A stretch of DNA of 61,548 bases, taken from positions 1 through 61,548 of the forward strand of contig CALKVB010000436.1 in assembly GCA_937996605.1 (NCBI GenBank). The letters run 5' to 3'. The translations under genes were made by a program, and so were the position numbers. This DNA comes from an uncultured Oxalobacteraceae bacterium (GTDB taxonomy: Bacteria; Pseudomonadota; Gammaproteobacteria; Burkholderiales; Burkholderiaceae_D). Each line of letters starts with the position of its first letter. The stretch's first letter is position 1. The notes under the pieces are model-generated. The model was given only the letters and a program-made list of their open reading frames with translations. It was not told where the DNA came from and did not search any database. Positions 25,774 through 36,504 of the stretch are shown piece by piece.

Positions 25774-28146
25774 ATGCAGGTTAAGCAAGCATATGTCGCT
25801 GCGATGGATAAGCCACTGACTTCCGCTCAGCGCTTAATTTTTTTTAAGCGCCTCCAGACACTAACGAATAAGATCCACGCCACCAATGCGGTGGATCAGA
25901 TCATGCTTGATCTTACCGCCGATATTTGTGATCTATTCGATTGTGATCGCCTGACCATTTATGCAATTGCGCCAGACGGCAAGAACCTTATTTCTAAAGT
26001 AAAAAAAGGATTGAATTCATTCAGAGACATACGTTTACCGATTTCTGATCAGAGTATCGCTGGCTATGTCGCTGGACATCGTGAAGCCTTGTGCATTCGT
26101 GATGTCTATGATGAGGAAGAGCTAAGGCGCGTTTCACCACAATTACATTTTCAAAAAGCGATCGATCAGAAGACTGGGTATAGAACGCGCGAGATGTTAG
26201 CTGCGCCTATTATCGAAACCAAAACAGGACTGCTGGTTGGCGTGATTCAATTTATTAATAGCCGTCATGGCGACCCTTTCACTATCATCGCACAAGAAGG
26301 TGTGAAAGAGCTATGTGAAACACTGTCGATTGCTTTTTCGCAGAAGAGTCGCGTGATTCAAATCCCGCCATCTAAGTTAAATTATTTAGTGACGGAAGGT
26401 ATTGTTTCGATTGCCGAATTTGAAGCGGCGATCGCCAGTGCGCGACTTAAGCAGTGCGACCTTGAGGATGTCTTGATCGATGAATTTCAAGTATCGCCTG
26501 AACAAATTGGGCATGCATTAGCAAAATTTTTTAATGTGCCTTATGAGCCTTTCCAAGCAGATCGCGTGATTGATGTTGAGTTGATCAAGCGGTTGAAACG
26601 CCAGTATGTCGATGAAACTGGGTGGCTCCCAGTGTCAGATGAAAAGAGCGGCATGACGGTATTAGCGCTCGACCCCGAACAAGTGAAAGCGACGCGCGTG
26701 GTGAGTATGATTTTCCCTGGCGCACATTTACATTTTAAGACCACCACTCGACGCGAATTCAAACAAACAGTTGATCAATTCTTTGGGCAAACGGCAAATA
26801 CAGGTTCTGTTGATGAACTTTTATCTGGGCTTGAAGAAGATGATGAAGAGCACTCAAATAATCAAAGTAATGAGGTGTCCGCCGCGGTAGAAAATGAATT
26901 AGTGAAATTGCTGAATAAGATTATCGTCGACGCTTATCAACAAGGTGCTTCTGATATTCATATTGAACCTCGACCCGGCAAGGAAAAAACGCTAATCCGA
27001 TTCCGTAAAGATGGCTCATTGACGCCATATATCGAAATTCCGGCCAGCTACCGCAATGCACTGCTTGCACGTATCAAGATCATGTGTGATCTCGATATCT
27101 CCGAAAAGCGCAAACCGCAAGACGGCAAAATTAAGTTCAAAAAATACGGTCCTCTCGATATTGAATTGCGGGTGGCGACCATCCCCTCAGCCGGTGGTAT
27201 GGAAGACGTGGTGATGCGTATTTTGGCGGCGGGGGAACCAATCCCGCTCGAGAAATTGGGGATCTTGCCGCACAACCTCAAACGCCTCAAAGACGTGGTT
27301 GATAAACCGTATGGTATTTTCTTTGTATGTGGACCAACCGGCTCAGGAAAGACCACCACTTTGCATTCGGTTTTACATTATCTCAACCGACCCGAAACCA
27401 AAATTTGGACTGCGGAAGATCCAGTAGAAATTACGCAAAAAGGCTTACGCCAGGTTCAAGTCAATCGTAAAGCGGGGATGGATTTTGCTACAGTGATGCG
27501 CGCCTTTTTGCGTGCCGATCCTGATGTGATTATGGTTGGCGAAATGCGCGATAAAGAAACCGTATCGATTGGTCTAGAGGCTTCACTAACAGGCCACTTA
27601 GTGTTCGCTACTTTACACACCAATAGCGCACCAGAATCGATCATACGTTTGCTGGATATGGGCATGGACCCATTTAACTTTGCCGATGCTTTGCTTGGTA
27701 TCTTGGCGCAACGTTTAGCGAAGCGTTTATGCAGCAATTGCAAAGTCGCTTACCAACCAAGTAAAGAAGAAATCGCGAGTCTGCTCAATGAATATTGCGC
27801 AGAGCTATTACCAACCACGGAATTTCAACAAAGCCCTGAAGCGGCAAAGTTAAAAGTACTCAAACACTGGATGCGTAGCTATGGCGATGAAAAAGGTCAA
27901 TTGACTTTATATCGCGCGCAAGGATGTGATAAATGTAGTGGCGGTTATAAAGGTCGTGTTGGTCTCCATGAATTAATGGTAGGAACCGACCCAGTCAAGA
28001 AGTTAATCCAAGAGCACGCACGCGTCGCACAACTCTTTACTGCGGCACTCGAAGACGGCATGTTGACCTTGAAGATGGATGGCATAGAAAAGGTCTTGTC
28101 GGGCATCACCGATATGAAGCAGGTGCGCCTGGTATGCATTAAATAG
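25774..28146 (+). CDS. GspE/PilB-family secretion/pilus ATPase with N-terminal GAF domain
   Basis: GAF (SIAGYVA...DVY...DQKTGYRTREMLAAPI...VIQFINS), ASDIHIEP, GPTGSGKTT, AEDPVE, LRADPDVIMVGEMRD, TLHTNSA, two CxxC. Confidence 0.92.
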   Translation: MQVKQAYVAAMDKPLTSAQRLIFFKRLQTLTNKIHATNAVDQIMLDLTADICDLFDCDRLTIYAIAPDGKNLISKVKKGLNSFRDIRLPISDQSIAGYVAGHREALCIRDVYDEEELRRVSPQLHFQKAIDQKTGYRTREMLAAPIIETKTGLLVGVIQFINSRHGDPFTIIAQEGVKELCETLSIAFSQKSRVIQIPPSKLNYLVTEGIVSIAEFEAAIASARLKQCDLEDVLIDEFQVSPEQIGHALAKFFNVPYEPFQADRVIDVELIKRLKRQYVDETGWLPVSDEKSGMTVLALDPEQVKATRVVSMIFPGAHLHFKTTTRREFKQTVDQFFGQTANTGSVDELLSGLEEDDEEHSNNQSNEVSAAVENELVKLLNKIIVDAYQQGASDIHIEPRPGKEKTLIRFRKDGSLTPYIEIPASYRNALLARIKIMCDLDISEKRKPQDGKIKFKKYGPLDIELRVATIPSAGGMEDVVMRILAAGEPIPLEKLGILPHNLKRLKDVVDKPYGIFFVCGPTGSGKTTTLHSVLHYLNRPETKIWTAEDPVEITQKGLRQVQVNRKAGMDFATVMRAFLRADPDVIMVGEMRDKETVSIGLEASLTGHLVFATLHTNSAPESIIRLLDMGMDPFNFADALLGILAQRLAKRLCSNCKVAYQPSKEEIASLLNEYCAELLPTTEFQQSPEAAKLKVLKHWMRSYGDEKGQLTLYRAQGCDKCSGGYKGRVGLHELMVGTDPVKKLIQEHARVAQLFTAALEDGMLTLKMDGIEKVLSGITDMKQVRLVCIK

Positions 28147-28285
28147 TCATGCATTAGATACTGATGCAGTGAAGATTCGACATGGCGTTCAGTATGTTGA
28201 TTGCGCTGAGTAATTCGCTTGACTGGAATATAGTTTGTGCCTGTGTTAGCATTTTTGCTTTCTTCCGCGATATGAGTGAAAGCAC

Positions 28286-29530
28286 ATGAAAGCTTGTTGG
28301 ACTATCCCATTCTTTATTTTCCCAGTCTTTCTCTTTAGCACGACCCTTAGCAGTCAGGCGCAAGAAGCTAACCCTAGCCTAAGTGCCATATCCAACTCTT
28401 CATCGAACACGATAACAGTGCTGAAGAGCCGTGCAGAGCTGGATCAAATGTTGGCGCAAGGGCCGAACATCTTGGATCAACTCACACCCTATTCGCGCGA
28501 ACAACTACTACACAATGTTGAATGGCGTAATGGTGTGATAAGTCGCTTTGCCTTTGCGATACCAATTGCAGAACTTGAACAAGAGCAGGCTAGACAGGTT
28601 TATGCCATGTTTGGGATTGAGCGCTTCTTTCCGAAAAAATTTCCGCTTGGAAGTCCGCTTCGATATGACGATGTTGGCCCAGCATACGAAGCGCTTGTCC
28701 AAGGAATGAATCAAGCCTTGAACCTTGATCAGGAACAGGCAAAATCAGAAGATCTGAAGATGGTGTGGTCTGCGACGAACTTGTTCTACAAGGAGCAGCT
28801 GTCGCCATTATTGAAACCATCGAAATTGGCATCGACGAGTAAGGGAAATCTGTTGGTGTTATTTGAAGTGATTGACACAGTTGTTCAGATGACTGACGCG
28901 AAGAAGATTTTAGAGGATTTAAAGCGCATTCACAAAGAACTGAATCACCGCGGTATCGATACCCGCCGAAATTTGGATGAACGTTTGTTGAAACATATGC
29001 TTACCCAGCGCGACCTTGAAGGCGCTCGCGCACTGGTGGCTAGTCGACCACATCTCTCCGATGTGGTCATTCCTAAACTGTTTGATGCAGAAACGTCGAA
29101 GATGGCAGGCTTAACTGTATTAACTGAAAAAAATGGCCAACTTCAGACCAAAGTTTTACCAGCTGTTAATGGAAAGACGCAAGTCTTACTGGTTGTATCG
29201 GAGCACTGTGGCTTTTGTCAAAAGTTGTTCGCAGATCTAGAGCACGATTCGCAACTGTATGCGCGGTTTTCACGTGCGCAAATCGTTCTGATTTCTGCCT
29301 TGGAAAATGGTATACCAATGGATTTTGTACGTCAGTGGAATGCCAAGAATCCCGCACTTCCTATGTATATGCCTGGTAAAGAGGAACAATGGAAGTCTAT
29401 CGATGTCAACGGTTGGCCTCAGTTTGTGTTTATGAAAAATGGCAAAGTACAATCTCGAGAGCGTGGTTGGCGTAACGATGGAAGCTCTAAGGAAAACGTC
29501 ATTCATGCCTTAGAAAAGGCTGGTTTGTAG
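28286..29530 (+). CDS. Exported protein with C-terminal thioredoxin-like domain
   Basis: Signal peptide; CGFC CxxC and a cis-Pro-like GWPQF motif. Confidence 0.65.
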   Translation: MKACWTIPFFIFPVFLFSTTLSSQAQEANPSLSAISNSSSNTITVLKSRAELDQMLAQGPNILDQLTPYSREQLLHNVEWRNGVISRFAFAIPIAELEQEQARQVYAMFGIERFFPKKFPLGSPLRYDDVGPAYEALVQGMNQALNLDQEQAKSEDLKMVWSATNLFYKEQLSPLLKPSKLASTSKGNLLVLFEVIDTVVQMTDAKKILEDLKRIHKELNHRGIDTRRNLDERLLKHMLTQRDLEGARALVASRPHLSDVVIPKLFDAETSKMAGLTVLTEKNGQLQTKVLPAVNGKTQVLLVVSEHCGFCQKLFADLEHDSQLYARFSRAQIVLISALENGIPMDFVRQWNAKNPALPMYMPGKEEQWKSIDVNGWPQFVFMKNGKVQSRERGWRNDGSSKENVIHALEKAGL

Positions 29531-29744
29531 CGGTGTTTCAAATAATGGACAAGAGTCGTGTCCATCGTATCAGTCTAATTTTTGCCACCTTCAAGTCCCG
29601 CTTAATAGCGACATACTCGATGTTCGCTTGAAATAAATGTCAACGCTTTGAGCTAGCTCTGCGTTTCAAAGCTTTGCTTTGAGATCTTCACCTGGATGCG
29701 CGAATTCTCGCGTGGCACCTTAAAATCAACACACAAGGACGAAA

Positions 29745-32501
29745 ATGAAAAATAGAATCGAGTCGATAGGTAAAGTCTCTCCTCTTTTATGTAGGCAGAC
29801 TGCGGTTGCAGGTGCGGTTACTTTGTTTTCTAGCCTAAGTTTATCGGTGTATGCACAGGAACAGGATCTAAACGCAGTAAAAACTCCCGTTCGCGTCGAA
29901 ATCACCGGTTCCGCAATTAAGCGAGTCGATAGCGAATCCGCTCTGCCAGTGCAAGTGATTAGCCGCGAAGATATTCAGAAGGCGGGTGTGACCACAGCTT
30001 CTGAATTATTATCTAGAGTTGCTGCCAATGTCGGTGGTTTGACCGACGGTATTAGCATTAATGTTGGTGGCGATCAGCGCGGCTTTAACTCTGCTAATTT
30101 GCGCGGTCTCGGCACGTCATCGACCTTGATCCTACTGAATGGCCGCCGTATGGCGAACTTTGCTTCACCTGGTGATGATGCAGGTGTTGATCTGAATAAT
30201 ATCCCTGCTGCTGCGATTGAGCGCGTTGAAGTTTTGCTTGATGGTGCTTCGTCTCTCTATGGAACAGATGCGATTGGTGGGGTCATTAACTTTATCACGC
30301 GTAAAGATTTTCAAGGTTTTGAAGCGAGCACCTATTGGGGCCGCACACAAGAAGGGGGCGCATCTAAACGCACCTTTACTTTAGGTGGTGGTATCGGTGA
30401 TTTGCAAAAAGATGGTTACAACGTTTTCGCGGTGTTTGATAATCAACATACCGGTAGTCTGTTCACTTCACAACGTAAGTTTATTCCTGCATTGCAAATT
30501 CCTCAGCGCTTAGGTCACTTGTTATCGAGTTATACCGACCCCGCTAATATTCGTCTAACCTCAAATCAACGCGATTACCTGCAGGAGCAAGGCTTCAAGA
30601 TTAATGGTAAGCCGATTACCAATCGTTTGATAAATCTCTCGGTACCGAATTGCAAACCAGCGGCTAACTTGTATTTGCCAGCGGGTACAGGTGGTGTTGA
30701 TGCTTGTACTTACGATTACATGGGCGATACCGAGCTTTATCCTAAGTCAGAAAAAAGTAGTTTATTGAGTCGCGCCGTATTTCAAATTAATCCCAATCAT
30801 CAGTTTTACGCAGAGGCTTCTTGGAGCCAAGCAAAGACGTATTACGTAGGCTCTTCAGCACGGGTAACTGGCTATATCGATTACAAAAAAGTGCCGCAGT
30901 TGGCCAACACGGGCCTCGATACACTGGTCGATGATGATGTGCCTGGTGAGTTGACATTGCGTATGCGTTTGAAAGAAGCAGGCAACCGAACCAGCGAATT
31001 AACCAGTGAAGCGCAACGCGTGGTCGCAGGATTCAATGGTAATGTCGCAGGTTGGGATTACGATATTGGTCTCAATCAAAGTGTCAATACAGTGCGCGAT
31101 AAAGACACCCATGGCTATGTGCTATACGACAAACTGCTCAAGGGAATCGCCGATGGTTTGATTAATCCGTTTGGCCCTTCAAGTGCAGCGGGTGTAGCGC
31201 TTATCAATAGTATTCAAGTCAATGATGAGGTACGCCATGCACGCGGTACTATGACCAGTCTTGATTTCAAAGCTTCCCGTAGTTTAATGCGTATGGATGG
31301 CGGTGATATGTCTCTCGCAGTTGGCGGAGAATTGCGTCGTGAGCGTACGGTGTTCACACCATCTGCTTTGCTAATGAGCGACAACATTAATAATGATTTC
31401 GCGCCAGAGGGCGGACGTGGCACTGATGATGCACGCAATGTTGGCGGTATTTTTAGTGAATTACTAGTGCCGTTTAGCAAGCAGTGGGAAGCGCAATTGG
31501 CGGTGCGCCATGATCATTATCAAGGCGTTGGTGGTGCGAATAGTCCGAAATTGGGTCTGCGTTATCAGCCAAGTAAGGACTTATTGTTCCGTGCCTCTAT
31601 CGGCAGTGGTTTCCGTGCACCGTCTATGTCTGACTTGTATCGCCCACTTGTCGTCAGCTCTACGGCGACTTTGCCTGATCCTGTGAGTTGCGCAGCGAAC
31701 GATAATGATCTTTCGATTTGTGCCGACAACTGGACTACACGTCGTTACAGTAACCCCAACTTGAAACCAGAGCGTAGTCGTCAATATACATTGGGAATGA
31801 TTTTTGAACCAAGCCGTCAATGGACTTTCAGTGCCGACTATTGGAACATTAAGCGCACCGATTTGATTAGTGAAATCGGTGACGACATCATTCTGGGTAA
31901 TCTCGCCAAATACGGTAATTTGGTACACCGCAGTGAAGATGGCGATATCGACTACATTGAGCTACGCAAAGAAAATCGCGGTGCTCAAATTGCGACAGGT
32001 TTGGACTTAGCGGTCGAGCTGCACGGGATTAAAACCGAGTTCGGAAAATTCAGTGCACGCATGTTGGGTACGGTGATGCTCGATTCGAAAATTCAAACCA
32101 ATCCTGGCGATAAATATGTGAGCAATCTCGGCAAGTTCGTGACAGATGGTGTGGTGCAACGCTGGCGTCATCGTTTGACTTTAGGTTGGGAACAAGGTGA
32201 CTATGCTTTGAATCTTGGAAATACCTATTACTCAGGCTACGATGATCAAAATTCAGCGATTAATATTGATGACGGTAGTATCGTCGCTGCGAACAAGGTC
32301 AAAGCTTACTCTCTGTGGGATTTGTCTGCAGCCTATAACTACAATAAGTCTTTGACGGTACGTGCGGGTGTTCAAAATTTATTAAACACAACGCCACCGT
32401 TTTCGAATCAGGCTAACTTCTTTATCTCAGGTTACGACCCGAGTTACACCGATCCACGTGGACGTTTTTTCTATGTGAGCGCGCAATACTCGTTTAAGTA
32501 A
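29745..32501 (+). CDS. TonB-dependent receptor
   Basis: VEITGSAIKR TonB-box region, NLRGLG, LLNGRR, IERVEVLLDGASSLYGTDAIGGVINF, C-terminal ...AQYSFK. Confidence 0.95.
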   Translation: MKNRIESIGKVSPLLCRQTAVAGAVTLFSSLSLSVYAQEQDLNAVKTPVRVEITGSAIKRVDSESALPVQVISREDIQKAGVTTASELLSRVAANVGGLTDGISINVGGDQRGFNSANLRGLGTSSTLILLNGRRMANFASPGDDAGVDLNNIPAAAIERVEVLLDGASSLYGTDAIGGVINFITRKDFQGFEASTYWGRTQEGGASKRTFTLGGGIGDLQKDGYNVFAVFDNQHTGSLFTSQRKFIPALQIPQRLGHLLSSYTDPANIRLTSNQRDYLQEQGFKINGKPITNRLINLSVPNCKPAANLYLPAGTGGVDACTYDYMGDTELYPKSEKSSLLSRAVFQINPNHQFYAEASWSQAKTYYVGSSARVTGYIDYKKVPQLANTGLDTLVDDDVPGELTLRMRLKEAGNRTSELTSEAQRVVAGFNGNVAGWDYDIGLNQSVNTVRDKDTHGYVLYDKLLKGIADGLINPFGPSSAAGVALINSIQVNDEVRHARGTMTSLDFKASRSLMRMDGGDMSLAVGGELRRERTVFTPSALLMSDNINNDFAPEGGRGTDDARNVGGIFSELLVPFSKQWEAQLAVRHDHYQGVGGANSPKLGLRYQPSKDLLFRASIGSGFRAPSMSDLYRPLVVSSTATLPDPVSCAANDNDLSICADNWTTRRYSNPNLKPERSRQYTLGMIFEPSRQWTFSADYWNIKRTDLISEIGDDIILGNLAKYGNLVHRSEDGDIDYIELRKENRGAQIATGLDLAVELHGIKTEFGKFSARMLGTVMLDSKIQTNPGDKYVSNLGKFVTDGVVQRWRHRLTLGWEQGDYALNLGNTYYSGYDDQNSAINIDDGSIVAANKVKAYSLWDLSAAYNYNKSLTVRAGVQNLLNTTPPFSNQANFFISGYDPSYTDPRGRFFYVSAQYSFK

Positions 32502-32528
32502 ATAGGAATATCGCCAGAATCGCTAGAA

Positions 32529-32564
32529 AGGCGCCTCTCGCTGTATGCGTTGAGGCGCTTTTTT
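32529..32564 (+). terminator. Intrinsic terminator
   Basis: ggcgcctc...gaggcgct followed by a T-run. Confidence 0.65.
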
Positions 32565-32631
32565 CTTGGTGCTTTGCGTGTAAAATGGAGGTCTAGCATT
32601 GTTTGTCGCACGTCCTTACTTTTATTGATCT

Positions 32632-33390
32632 ATGGCCTATTTGCTCTCAATTTCTCATATTCTCGCGGCGATCTTTTTTGCGATTCACGCGGTGCGCAAT
32701 CGTAAGGAGTTGTACTGGGTGATGATCTTGATTTTGTTTCCCTTATTCGGTAGCGTGATCTACTTCTTTGCGGTGTACCTGCCAGATTCACGTATGCCTG
32801 GGCAGGTAAGAAAAGTCACCAATGCTGCTATGAGCGCGCTTGATCCAGGACGCGAATTACGTGAGGCGAAGCAAGCGTTTGAATTAACACCTTCAGCGCA
32901 AAATCAGATGCGTTTGGCCGCAGCTTACCTTGAAACGGGTGATGCGCAGCATGCAGCGCAATTGTATGAGGCTTGTTTGCAAGGTCCGTTCGCGAATGAA
33001 AAGGAAATGCTCTATGGCGCTGCGCGAGCGCGTTTGCAAAACGGTCAAAGTGCCGCAGCGCTAGAGCTCTTACAAAAAATTCGTAACGCTGATGCAGGTT
33101 TTCGCAAAGAAGCTATGTACATTCTGTTTGGTAGAGCTTATGGCGCAGAAGGGAAAAACGCAGAAGCACGTGTCGAATTTATGGAGGCGGTGTCGCAGTT
33201 TGGTAGCGTCGAGGCCTATGTTGAATATGCGATTTGGGCCTTAAGTGTGGGTGAAATCGAAACCGCACAAGCGCAACGTAATGAAATCGAAAAGCTGAAA
33301 AAACATTGGAATAAACATCATTTGGTGTTTCACAAAGAAAATCTACAGCGCCTCGAGCAAGCTTTTGCAGGTGCGAAGAAGTTAGGCTAG
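32632..33390 (+). CDS. Membrane-anchored TPR-repeat protein
   Basis: Two N-terminal TMs (IHAVR...YW...FPLFGSVIYF) then TPR-like helices. Confidence 0.75.
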   Translation: MAYLLSISHILAAIFFAIHAVRNRKELYWVMILILFPLFGSVIYFFAVYLPDSRMPGQVRKVTNAAMSALDPGRELREAKQAFELTPSAQNQMRLAAAYLETGDAQHAAQLYEACLQGPFANEKEMLYGAARARLQNGQSAAALELLQKIRNADAGFRKEAMYILFGRAYGAEGKNAEARVEFMEAVSQFGSVEAYVEYAIWALSVGEIETAQAQRNEIEKLKKHWNKHHLVFHKENLQRLEQAFAGAKKLG

Positions 33391-33418
33391 CACTGAAAAG
33401 CAAAGTAATAGTTAAGAC

Positions 33419-33461
33419 AAAAAGAAAGGCGACTGATGCGATTCGGTCGCCTTTCTTTTTT
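33419..33461. terminator. Bidirectional intrinsic terminator
   Basis: aaaaagaaaggcgac...gtcgcctttcttttt between convergent genes. Confidence 0.8.
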
Positions 33462-33481
33462 TCATTCCAATCTATGTTCGA

Positions 33482-34441
33482 TTAGCGTTGCAACACCCCA
33501 TGCAGGCGTTCCGGCAAGTGGCTAGCTGGATGTGTCGATGAAAAAACATAGTGCTGGAAAATACTACCCCAGGCTTCGCGCTGTGCAGGTGGCAGGTCTT
33601 TAAATCCTAATAAGGCTTGCATCAGCAGACCATAGGGCGATGTCTTGTTCTCAGTCGAGAAGTTCGAACCGCCCCACCAATAATTGGCCAAAATATTAAT
33701 CTGATCTAATGATTCGACATGGTGCCACCAAAGATTAGGAATAAAGATTGCATCACCTGGTTCGAGGATCGCGGTCTGTGCGTGTTTTAACGCTTCTGCA
33801 AATCGTGGATAACGCAGCAGGTCTGGATCACGCAAATTCACCATACTGATGGGTGAAGGCGTAGGCGCGAAGTCTAGTGGGCCGATATAGAGATTGGCGA
33901 TTTGTTCGGGAGGGAACAAAATAAATTGCCGACGCCCACTCACCACGCAGGCGATATTGTCAGAACCATCGATGTGGGTCGGTGTGGTAATTTTATTGCC
34001 GACCCAAATTCGCGGAATAATTTCCTGAGGAACCAAGGGCATAGCGTGATCTGCTAACAAACTAGGCAGGCATACAGACATCAGAGCACTTTGTACTGCC
34101 ACAGATGGTGAGCTCGGAAGTTGTGCATATCGAAACAGTTGTTCTAGTACTTTTGTCAGAGGTAAGCGATTCTTAATGAAGTTAAAACCATCTAGCACTT
34201 CGTTATAGAACACGCGCCCCAGATGCTCGGGGCGCAGCATGATCGCATCAACATCCATACCGCTATCATGATTCACCAAGTGTTGAAGTAACTCGTGCGT
34301 AGAGCGTTTGGCTAGCTCAACCATAGGCCATGTATTCACAAGGCCACGAAATATACAGGGCTGATAGTGTTGCATTCGTTCTGCAATCGTCTCTTGGCTT
34401 AGATCGCTATATTCTTTGATGGCGAGAAATTCTGTGCTCAT
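33482..34441 (-). CDS. Cupin-like/JmjC Fe(II)-2OG oxygenase-family protein
   Basis: IWVGN, HID (HxD), NIACVVSGRR, LEPGDAIFIPNLWWHHVES, NYWW. Confidence 0.85.
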   Translation of the reverse strand: MSTEFLAIKEYSDLSQETIAERMQHYQPCIFRGLVNTWPMVELAKRSTHELLQHLVNHDSGMDVDAIMLRPEHLGRVFYNEVLDGFNFIKNRLPLTKVLEQLFRYAQLPSSPSVAVQSALMSVCLPSLLADHAMPLVPQEIIPRIWVGNKITTPTHIDGSDNIACVVSGRRQFILFPPEQIANLYIGPLDFAPTPSPISMVNLRDPDLLRYPRFAEALKHAQTAILEPGDAIFIPNLWWHHVESLDQINILANYWWGGSNFSTENKTSPYGLLMQALLGFKDLPPAQREAWGSIFQHYVFSSTHPASHLPERLHGVLQR

Positions 34442-34794
34442 AGTTTCCTTAATCGTGTCACACCGTGCGTTTAGTAAGCGTTAGTAGGCGTGACATCTAT
34501 TCTAATCGTCCGTTGCTAAATCATAGACGGTGGCTTACGGCTTTGAATGATGTCTCAAAAAATCGACAAAAGACGGGTTTAAAGTGGGAAAAGCACCAAA
34601 GCTCAAACTTGCTATAGAAAATAGATGCTTTTGAATTTGGTAAATATCATTAAATCGTCTAAAGTTGCTTGTGGACTAGTATCGCTTATGTGATACTGGT
34701 ATTTACGTGTAAATTGCAAGTGTGCCTTCATCTTCGTGCTCAATGAAGCCATATAGTGGAGCCATGTGCAATCTGATTCTGAACGGAGAATAAA

Positions 34795-35307
34795 ATGAAG
34801 ATGATAAATCCTAAACAACAAGGCTTCACACTGATAGAACTCATCGTTGTGATCGTTATTTTGGGCATTTTGGCGGCCACCGCCCTACCTAAATTTGCCG
34901 ATTTGGGCAAAGATGCGCGGATCGCTGCATTGAATGCTGCTCGTGGCAGTATGTCTGCAACTGCGGCGATGGCCCACGGCAAATACTTGGTGACGACACC
35001 GTCTCCTACCACAGTAACTTTGGAAGGAACAGTAGTGACATTTGCGACAGTTGCAGCCTCTGGATATCCAAAAGCAGATACGAATTTCGCAAACGCTGCT
35101 GGTCTGTCTACAAGTGATTATCAGATTATCCCAGCGGGTACTGCGGCAACGGCTAATTCGCCAGTGACGAGCGCCACTGAAATTGCTTTAATTCCTATCA
35201 GTGTGTCTGGCTCGCCAGCTGGTCTGAATTGCTATGTGAAGTACCAAGAGCCGGTATCTGCAACGGCTGCTCCAGCAGCACCAGCGCCAGTGACGAGCAG
35301 TTGCTAA
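34795..35307 (+). CDS. Type IV pilin (MshA-like) 1
   Basis: G|[24 protein letters not shown] prepilin motif; C-terminal Cys pair. Confidence 0.88.
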   Translation: MKMINPKQQGFTLIELIVVIVILGILAATALPKFADLGKDARIAALNAARGSMSATAAMAHGKYLVTTPSPTTVTLEGTVVTFATVAASGYPKADTNFANAAGLSTSDYQIIPAGTAATANSPVTSATEIALIPISVSGSPAGLNCYVKYQEPVSATAAPAAPAPVTSSC

Positions 35308-35365
35308 CGGCATCGGAAGTTTTATTCGAGTTTTAGATTTATTTTGACCAATTAGAGGAAATAAA

Positions 35366-35872
35366 ATGAACAGCAAATCCAAACAAAAAGGTTTCACCTT
35401 GATTGAATTGATCGTCGTGATCGTGATTTTAGGTATTCTTGCCGCAACCGCATTACCAAAGTTCGCTGATCTCGGGAGTGATGCCCGTGTTGCCTCTTTA
35501 AACGCTGCTAAAGGATCTCTGGCGGCAGCTGCGGCGATGGCACATGGAAAATATTTGGTCACTTCACCGGCGCCTGCTAGTATTACAGTCGAAGGTGCGA
35601 CAGTTACTTTTGCTACAGTGGTGGCGTCTGGTTATCCAAAGGCAGATGCAGGATTCGCGACTGCAGCCGGATTAAATTCAACTGATTACACAATTATTCC
35701 ATCAGGTTCTGCGGCGACCGCAAATTCACCTGCCACAACAGCAACAGAGACGGCAGCAATTCCAGTGAGTGTGGCAGGTAGCATTAAAGGTTTGTCTTGC
35801 TATGTTAAATACGCTGAACCAGCAACAACGACGTCGGCACCAACCATTACTATGGTCACGACTTCTTGCTAA
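35366..35872 (+). CDS. Type IV pilin (MshA-like) 2
   Basis: Same prepilin motif; paralog of pilin 1. SD gagga. Confidence 0.88.
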   Translation: MNSKSKQKGFTLIELIVVIVILGILAATALPKFADLGSDARVASLNAAKGSLAAAAAMAHGKYLVTSPAPASITVEGATVTFATVVASGYPKADAGFATAAGLNSTDYTIIPSGSAATANSPATTATETAAIPVSVAGSIKGLSCYVKYAEPATTTSAPTITMVTTSC

Positions 35873-35937
35873 AAATCGGGCTCTTTGATAAGAGCGGGTT
35901 CATGATGTCGACTGATAATAAATTTGGTGTTCAAAAC

Positions 35938-36438
35938 ATGGCTAACAAGCAATCCGGTTTCACTTTGATTGAATTAATCGTAGTCATCGTTATTTTGGGA
36001 ATTTTGGCAGCGACCGCGTTGCCAAAATTTGCTGATTTGGGATCAGACGCTAGGATTGCCTCGTTAAAAGGGGCGCGCGGTTCATTGAGTTCAGTTGCAG
36101 CTATGGCGAAGGGTAAGTATCTTGTCACCAGCCCTGTACCGACTACAACAACCATGGAAGGTGTTACGGTGACATTTTCAACTGCTTTCGCGTCGGGTTA
36201 CCCTAAAGCTGATGCCGCTTTGGCCGCAGCTGCAGGTCTTAACACGACTGATTATACGTTGATACCTCCAAGTACAGCCGTAACAGGCAATTCGCCAGCA
36301 ACTACTGCAACCGAAATTGCTTTGATACCCGTGAGTGTTGCTGGTTCAGCAAAAGGCCTGAGTTGTTTCGTTAAGTATACCGAACCGGCTTCAGCAACTG
36401 GCAGTCCGACTATTGCAGTTACGACGACTAGCTGTTAA
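35938..36438 (+). CDS. Type IV pilin (MshA-like) 3
   Basis: Start revised to MANKQSG|FTLIEL; paralog of pilins 1 and 2. Confidence 0.85.
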   Translation: MANKQSGFTLIELIVVIVILGILAATALPKFADLGSDARIASLKGARGSLSSVAAMAKGKYLVTSPVPTTTTMEGVTVTFSTAFASGYPKADAALAAAAGLNTTDYTLIPPSTAVTGNSPATTATEIALIPVSVAGSAKGLSCFVKYTEPASATGSPTIAVTTTSC

Positions 36439-36458
36439 TCGTTGACTTGAATCGATAT

Positions 36459-36484
36459 AAAAGGCTTCGAACGAAGCCTTTTTT
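36459..36484. terminator. Bidirectional intrinsic terminator
   Basis: aaaaggcttcg-aa-cgaagcctttt between convergent genes. Confidence 0.85.
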
Positions 36485-36504
36485 CAACTCTAATGTGTAA
36501 TTGT

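Noticed and set aside
34795-36438. Pilin array as a silent-cassette or shufflon antigenic variation locus
   Set aside because: All three genes are full length and co-oriented, with no recombinase, inversion sites or long identical DNA repeats seen.
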